A stretch of 59,669 bases of DNA from NCBI GenBank assembly GCA_965649205.1, contig CBFGJV010000017.1, positions 1 through 59,669 of the forward strand, read 5' to 3'. Positions within the stretch are counted from its first letter, which is position 1. Each line of letters starts with the position of its first letter. Positions 59,065-59,669 of this stretch are shown one piece after another. The notes beneath the pieces were generated by a model. That model ran no database searches. It was not told where the DNA came from and saw only the letters and a list, made by a program, of their open reading frames with translations. The position numbers and the translations under genes were made by a program. This DNA is from a candidate division WOR-3 bacterium. Lineage in GTDB: Bacteria; Hydrothermota; Tepidihabitantia; Tepidihabitantales; Tepidihabitantaceae.

Positions 59065-59658
59065 CTACCCAGAAAGAATCTTATTCTCCACCAGATAAGC
59101 GCCTGTCACGCTGCGACTGGCCAAGTCAAGAAAACTCATCCCTCGCTTATGCGCTTCGTCTATTTGTTTGATCACGTAGCGCAGACAACGCTCGAGCTCA
59201 CCTAGTTCAACCTTTTTATAGCCCCCACGCCCGGTTTCGTGTGCAGATATGACCAAAGCCAGCTCGTCTGCCACCAGCTGCACGCGAGGGTTTTGCGAAC
59301 GGTACTCATAGATTAGACCCTTCGCCTTAGTGCGCAAAGTGTTAGCCGCATCCGCGACCGCCTCCCGACATTCTGCGTCGCTGAGTTCACGCAAACGTTG
59401 CTGCTGTGTACGTACCAACGCCAGCCAGATGTTGTGCAACACAACATACCAGCTATCTTCTGGTACCTGATCACGCACCAACCACATCAGTTTGGCCAAA
59501 GCCTCTCTCTGCCCTTGTTTGAAATAGGCACATTCTACTGGACAGCTTATGAGACGGCCCCGACTTCGACCGCAACATAACGAACACACACTTTGTTTCA
59601 AGGCTGCGCAGTACCGTCCGGCTGCCCTCTGGCTACACACACTGCACTTTTCGCGCAT
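59065..59658 (-). CDS. Hypothetical protein with an N-terminal Cys-rich (putative Zn-binding) domain
   Basis: CSVC...RYC...VCSLCC...CPVECAY followed by a helical region; co-oriented with degP. Confidence 0.65.
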   Translation of the reverse strand: MREKCSVCSQRAAGRYCAALKQSVCSLCCGRSRGRLISCPVECAYFKQGQREALAKLMWLVRDQVPEDSWYVVLHNIWLALVRTQQQRLRELSDAECREAVADAANTLRTKAKGLIYEYRSQNPRVQLVADELALVISAHETGRGGYKKVELGELERCLRYVIKQIDEAHKRGMSFLDLASRSVTGAYLVENKILSG

Positions 59659-59669
59659 TTTTGTCTATT

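Overview
Bacterial chromosomal segment, mostly housekeeping. The protein style suggests an FCB-neighbouring lineage such as candidate phylum WOR-3 (inference only). Genes in order: pyk, DUF3467, a tRNA nucleotidyltransferase, an M50 protease, ftsK, a GNAT-like ORF, a ROK kinase, a GlmU-like LbH protein, a methylmalonyl-CoA cluster (carboxyltransferase, mutase large subunit, epimerase) coupled to a LarA-family racemase, an RRM protein, two giant secreted Ig/FN3 + beta-propeller + T9SS-CTD-like proteins, GH127, LptE-like, rlmD, an amidohydrolase, polX, tRNA-Gln(CUG), mreBCD-mrdA-rodA-rlmN, an atypical EF-P, a detached alpha operon (rpsM-K-D-rpoA-rplQ) running into panD and eight more genes, a YidD-TPR fusion and its paralogue, a partial V/A-type ATPase operon (likely Na+), and degP. 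No transposase, integrase or CRISPR array was seen. The most striking region is the left edge. A lone 123-aa gene (424-795) resembles, motif by motif, the major capsid protein of rod-shaped archaeal viruses (SIRV2/Adnaviria fold; compared from memory). About 220 bp upstream of it lies a G-poor array with a fixed 12-bp register, the same length as the reported DNA footprint of one SIRV2 capsid dimer. A second recurring pattern is a TTGACA-N16/17-TAnnnT promoter 5-6 nt before a start codon, implying frequent leaderless mRNAs.
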